From sequence record DRR723986_6714: a DNA stretch of 38,293 bases; one strand, 5' to 3'. Shown piece by piece: positions 35,867 through 38,293 of the stretch. Both the position numbers and the translations under genes were made by a program. How positions within the stretch are numbered: the first letter of the stretch is position 1; every line of letters starts with the position of its first letter. The notes below the pieces were generated by a model, which was given only the letters and a program-made list of their open reading frames with translations, was not told the origin of the DNA and did not search any database.

Positions 35867-36463
35867 ATGACGATCACATATTTTGGTTATGGTTCCCTAG
35901 TCAATATTGACACTATTCCCGCTGGCGTTGAAGTGACGCCCGGAACCCTTCACGGTTGGGTGCGGGAATGGAAGGTGTGCGGCGAGAGCCCGGACGGCCA
36001 GGGACGCTGCGCCCTGACTGTACGGGAAAAGGAAGGATCACGCATCTTGGGGGTGATGGCGCGTGAACCCAAGACCCGCCTTGCCGAGCTGGAACTGCGC
36101 GAGAAACGATACCTGAAGGTCGAAGCTGTCGGCGGCGCATTTCGTTGCGACGCGTCAATGCGGCCGGGGCCCGACGAACTGTTTCTATTCAGAGCTGCGC
36201 CAGAACATTGCCGCTGGGGCACGGACAAACATCCGATCCTGCAAAGTTACCTGGATTGTGTTCTGGCCGGGTTCCACCGTTTCTGGGGCGAAGCAGGGAT
36301 CGACCATTTTCTGGAAACGACTGACGGCTGGCATGTGCCTGTACTGCCGGACCGGGCAAATCCGCTCTATCCGCGCAAGATTGTGCTCGATCCGGAAGTG
36401 GCGAAGCTGATCGACGGCAAGCTGAAAGACCTCGGGGTCAACTTTCTTTCTCCGGCCACTTAG
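35867..36463 (+). CDS. Gamma-glutamylcyclotransferase-like (GGCT/ChaC-fold) protein
   Basis: N-terminal YFGYGSLVN; ELELREKRY; PILQSYLD. Confidence 0.75.
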   Translation: MTITYFGYGSLVNIDTIPAGVEVTPGTLHGWVREWKVCGESPDGQGRCALTVREKEGSRILGVMAREPKTRLAELELREKRYLKVEAVGGAFRCDASMRPGPDELFLFRAAPEHCRWGTDKHPILQSYLDCVLAGFHRFWGEAGIDHFLETTDGWHVPVLPDRANPLYPRKIVLDPEVAKLIDGKLKDLGVNFLSPAT

Positions 36464-36477
36464 GCATTATCGAACCG

Positions 36478-37209
36478 TCAGCCGAGCAGCGTTTGCAGGC
36501 CGTATCCGACTGCAAAGGCAATGCCCGCGGCCAGGGTGCCGATTGCGCTTGTTTCCAGCCCGCAGGAAAACCAATGCCGCTGCGACCAGCGCGCCCTCAG
36601 GGAGCCGATGGTAAAAAAGGCGAGTATCGTGAGGATTGTCGCGGTTTCTGCACTGGCTGGCACCGGAATGACGAACGGCAGCAGTGGGATCGAGCCGAAC
36701 AGAACGAAGGCGGCGAAGGTGTAAAGCGCTGCCCTCATTGGCGATCGCGCCGTGTTCGACAGACCGTATTCGGCCTGCATCATGGTTTCGATCCAGATGG
36801 ATTTGTTGGAGGAAACCAGCTCGACCAGGGTTTCCAGGTCTGGTCCGTCATAACCCTTGGCGCGGAAAATCTGCCGGATTTCCTCTCGTTCGCCATCTGG
36901 CGCCACGGCGATGTGCTTTTCCTCGACCGCCTTGAGGCGGGCGTAATCCTCGATTTCGGATTTGGAACCGGTGTAGTTGGCTGCCGCCATGGAAAACCCG
37001 TCGGCAAACAGGTTGGCAGCTCCCAGGATGAGGATAATCGTTGGAGAGAGATCCGCGCCGACGGACCCTGCAACAATGGCAAAGGTGGTGACGGCGCCGT
37101 CTATGCCGCCGTAGACCCAGTCTCTCAGGTAGCTTGCGTCCGGTCCTGAAGCGAGCCGGTTCGCGATGTCATCGGGCCTGTGGCTATGCTCCAGACGAGG
37201 TGTCGGCAT
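36478..37209 (-). CDS. VIT1/CCC1 family Fe/Mn transporter
   Basis: YLRDWVYGGIDGAVTTFAIVAG, ANLFADGFSMAA, EREEIRQIF, MMQAEYGL. Confidence 0.92.
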   Translation of the reverse strand: MPTPRLEHSHRPDDIANRLASGPDASYLRDWVYGGIDGAVTTFAIVAGSVGADLSPTIILILGAANLFADGFSMAAANYTGSKSEIEDYARLKAVEEKHIAVAPDGEREEIRQIFRAKGYDGPDLETLVELVSSNKSIWIETMMQAEYGLSNTARSPMRAALYTFAAFVLFGSIPLLPFVIPVPASAETATILTILAFFTIGSLRARWSQRHWFSCGLETSAIGTLAAGIAFAVGYGLQTLLG

Positions 37210-37487
37210 GAGGTCATCCTGTGTGATTTCGCACACGATGCATCCCCGGATCACCACCCGCAATGATCCGCCTCAAAGGCAAGGATTTCGTGTCCACGCA
37301 GAAGTGGCGAAAATGATCCTTGAAACAGGGTATATTTTGGGGGATTGCCCTGTGGCCTTGGCGGCCCATGAAGTGTATAAGGCCGCACGTTTGCCTTCAA
37401 TTGGCAGGCCCAAACGAACGAAAATGTCGCGGACCGCGTGATCTAGGGTGTGAAACGAACCTGCGGGTCCAGTGAGGAGTAGGAAGT

Positions 37488-38293
37488 ATGGCGGAGAAGT
37501 GGAGCCCGGACAGCTGGAGATCGAAGCCGATCTTGCAGGTTCCGGAATACCCGGATCAAGAGGCTTTGGCGGATGTTGAACAGCGCCTGTCGACTTATCC
37601 GCCGCTGGTTTTTGCAGGTGAGGCACGTGCGCTGAAGAGCCAGTTGGCAAATGTCGCGCAGGGCAACGGTTTTCTGCTCCAGGGCGGTGACTGTGCCGAA
37701 AGCTTTGCCGAGCATCATCCCGACCACATCCGTGATTTCTTCCGCGTCTTCCTGCAAATGGCTGTCGTGCTGACTTATGCCGCCAGCCAGCCGGTTGTGA
37801 AAGTCGGCCGGATCGCCGGTCAGTTCGCCAAGCCGCGTTCTTCCAATTTCGAGAAGAAGGGTGACGTCGAGCTGCCGAGCTACCGCGGCGACATCATCAA
37901 CGACATCAATTTCACCCCGGAAAGCCGTATCCCGGATCCGGGCCGCATGGCCATGGCTTACCGTCAGTCGGCAGCCACGCTGAACCTTTTGCGCGCTTTC
38001 GCGCAGGGCGGTTTCGCAAACCTCGACCAGGTTCATCGCTGGATGCTCGGCTTCATTTCCGATAGCCCGCAGGGCCATCGCTACAAGGAACTGGCCGACC
38101 GCATTTCGGAGTCGCTGAACTTCATGAAGGCCTGCGGCATCAACGCTGATAGCGTTCCGCAGCTTCGGTCGACCGATTTCTTCACCAGCCATGAAGCTCT
38201 GCTGCTTGGCTACGAAGAAGCCCTGACGCGCGTCGATTCCACCTCGGGTGACTGGTATGCGACCTCCGGCCACATGATCTGGATCGGCGACCG
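37488..38293 (+). CDS. Class II 3-deoxy-7-phosphoheptulonate (DAHP) synthase (partial; runs off window end)
   Basis: Not in ORF track. Manual translation: [23 protein letters not shown]...PPLVFAGE...[12 protein letters not shown]...[14 protein letters not shown]...YRGDIIN...[10 protein letters not shown]...[10 protein letters not shown]. Confidence 0.96.
   Translation, partial: MAEKWSPDSWRSKPILQVPEYPDQEALADVEQRLSTYPPLVFAGEARALKSQLANVAQGNGFLLQGGDCAESFAEHHPDHIRDFFRVFLQMAVVLTYAASQPVVKVGRIAGQFAKPRSSNFEKKGDVELPSYRGDIINDINFTPESRIPDPGRMAMAYRQSAATLNLLRAFAQGGFANLDQVHRWMLGFISDSPQGHRYKELADRISESLNFMKACGINADSVPQLRSTDFFTSHEALLLGYEEALTRVDSTSGDWYATSGHMIWIGD

Noticed and set aside
37443-38273. 276-aa minus-strand ORF
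   Set aside because: Antisense shadow of the class II DAHP synthase on the plus strand.

Overview
A roughly 60% GC chromosomal segment that looks alphaproteobacterial; gene content and order suggest Hyphomicrobiales, possibly Roseibium/Labrenzia-like (inference). It contains no integrase, transposase, phage gene or CRISPR array. From left to right: partial fhs; a small His-containing membrane protein; an XRE-cupin regulator; an Lrp/Rid/LysE unit; kbl-tdh (threonine catabolism); DUF2892; a NadM-Nudix + NadV (NAMPT-type) NAD-salvage operon; a YcaQ/AlkZ-family glycosylase; an orphan SBP and TauE; GlxA-type AraC and LysR regulators; fpr; a nonulosonic-acid cluster (short NeuB, two SAM methyltransferases, NeuA-HAD fusion) converging on a TPR-glycosyltransferase (FlmG-like); a Gln-rich secreted protein; tRNA-Val(CAC); DUF4139; gph; a soluble MCP-PilZ; rpiA-DUF2059-gor; two paralogous membrane GGDEF proteins; a class V aminotransferase with a divergent GGCT-like gene; VIT1/CCC1; and partial class II DAHP synthase. 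The most notable signals read directly from the DNA are: (i) a candidate flagellin/surface-protein glycosylation system whose NeuA-fused HAD domain has lost both catalytic aspartates, with a CtrA-like box upstream; (ii) two mutually inverted 21-bp NadQ-type operators in front of the nadM-nudix/nadV operon; (iii) a ~21-bp-period TCC-N8-GGA-type operator array shared by the XRE gene and kbl-tdh; (iv) a Tdh lacking all four structural-zinc cysteines; and (v) a cytoplasmic MA-PilZ chemoreceptor near two I-site-less diguanylate cyclases. All family assignments come from motif recognition by eye, not database searches.
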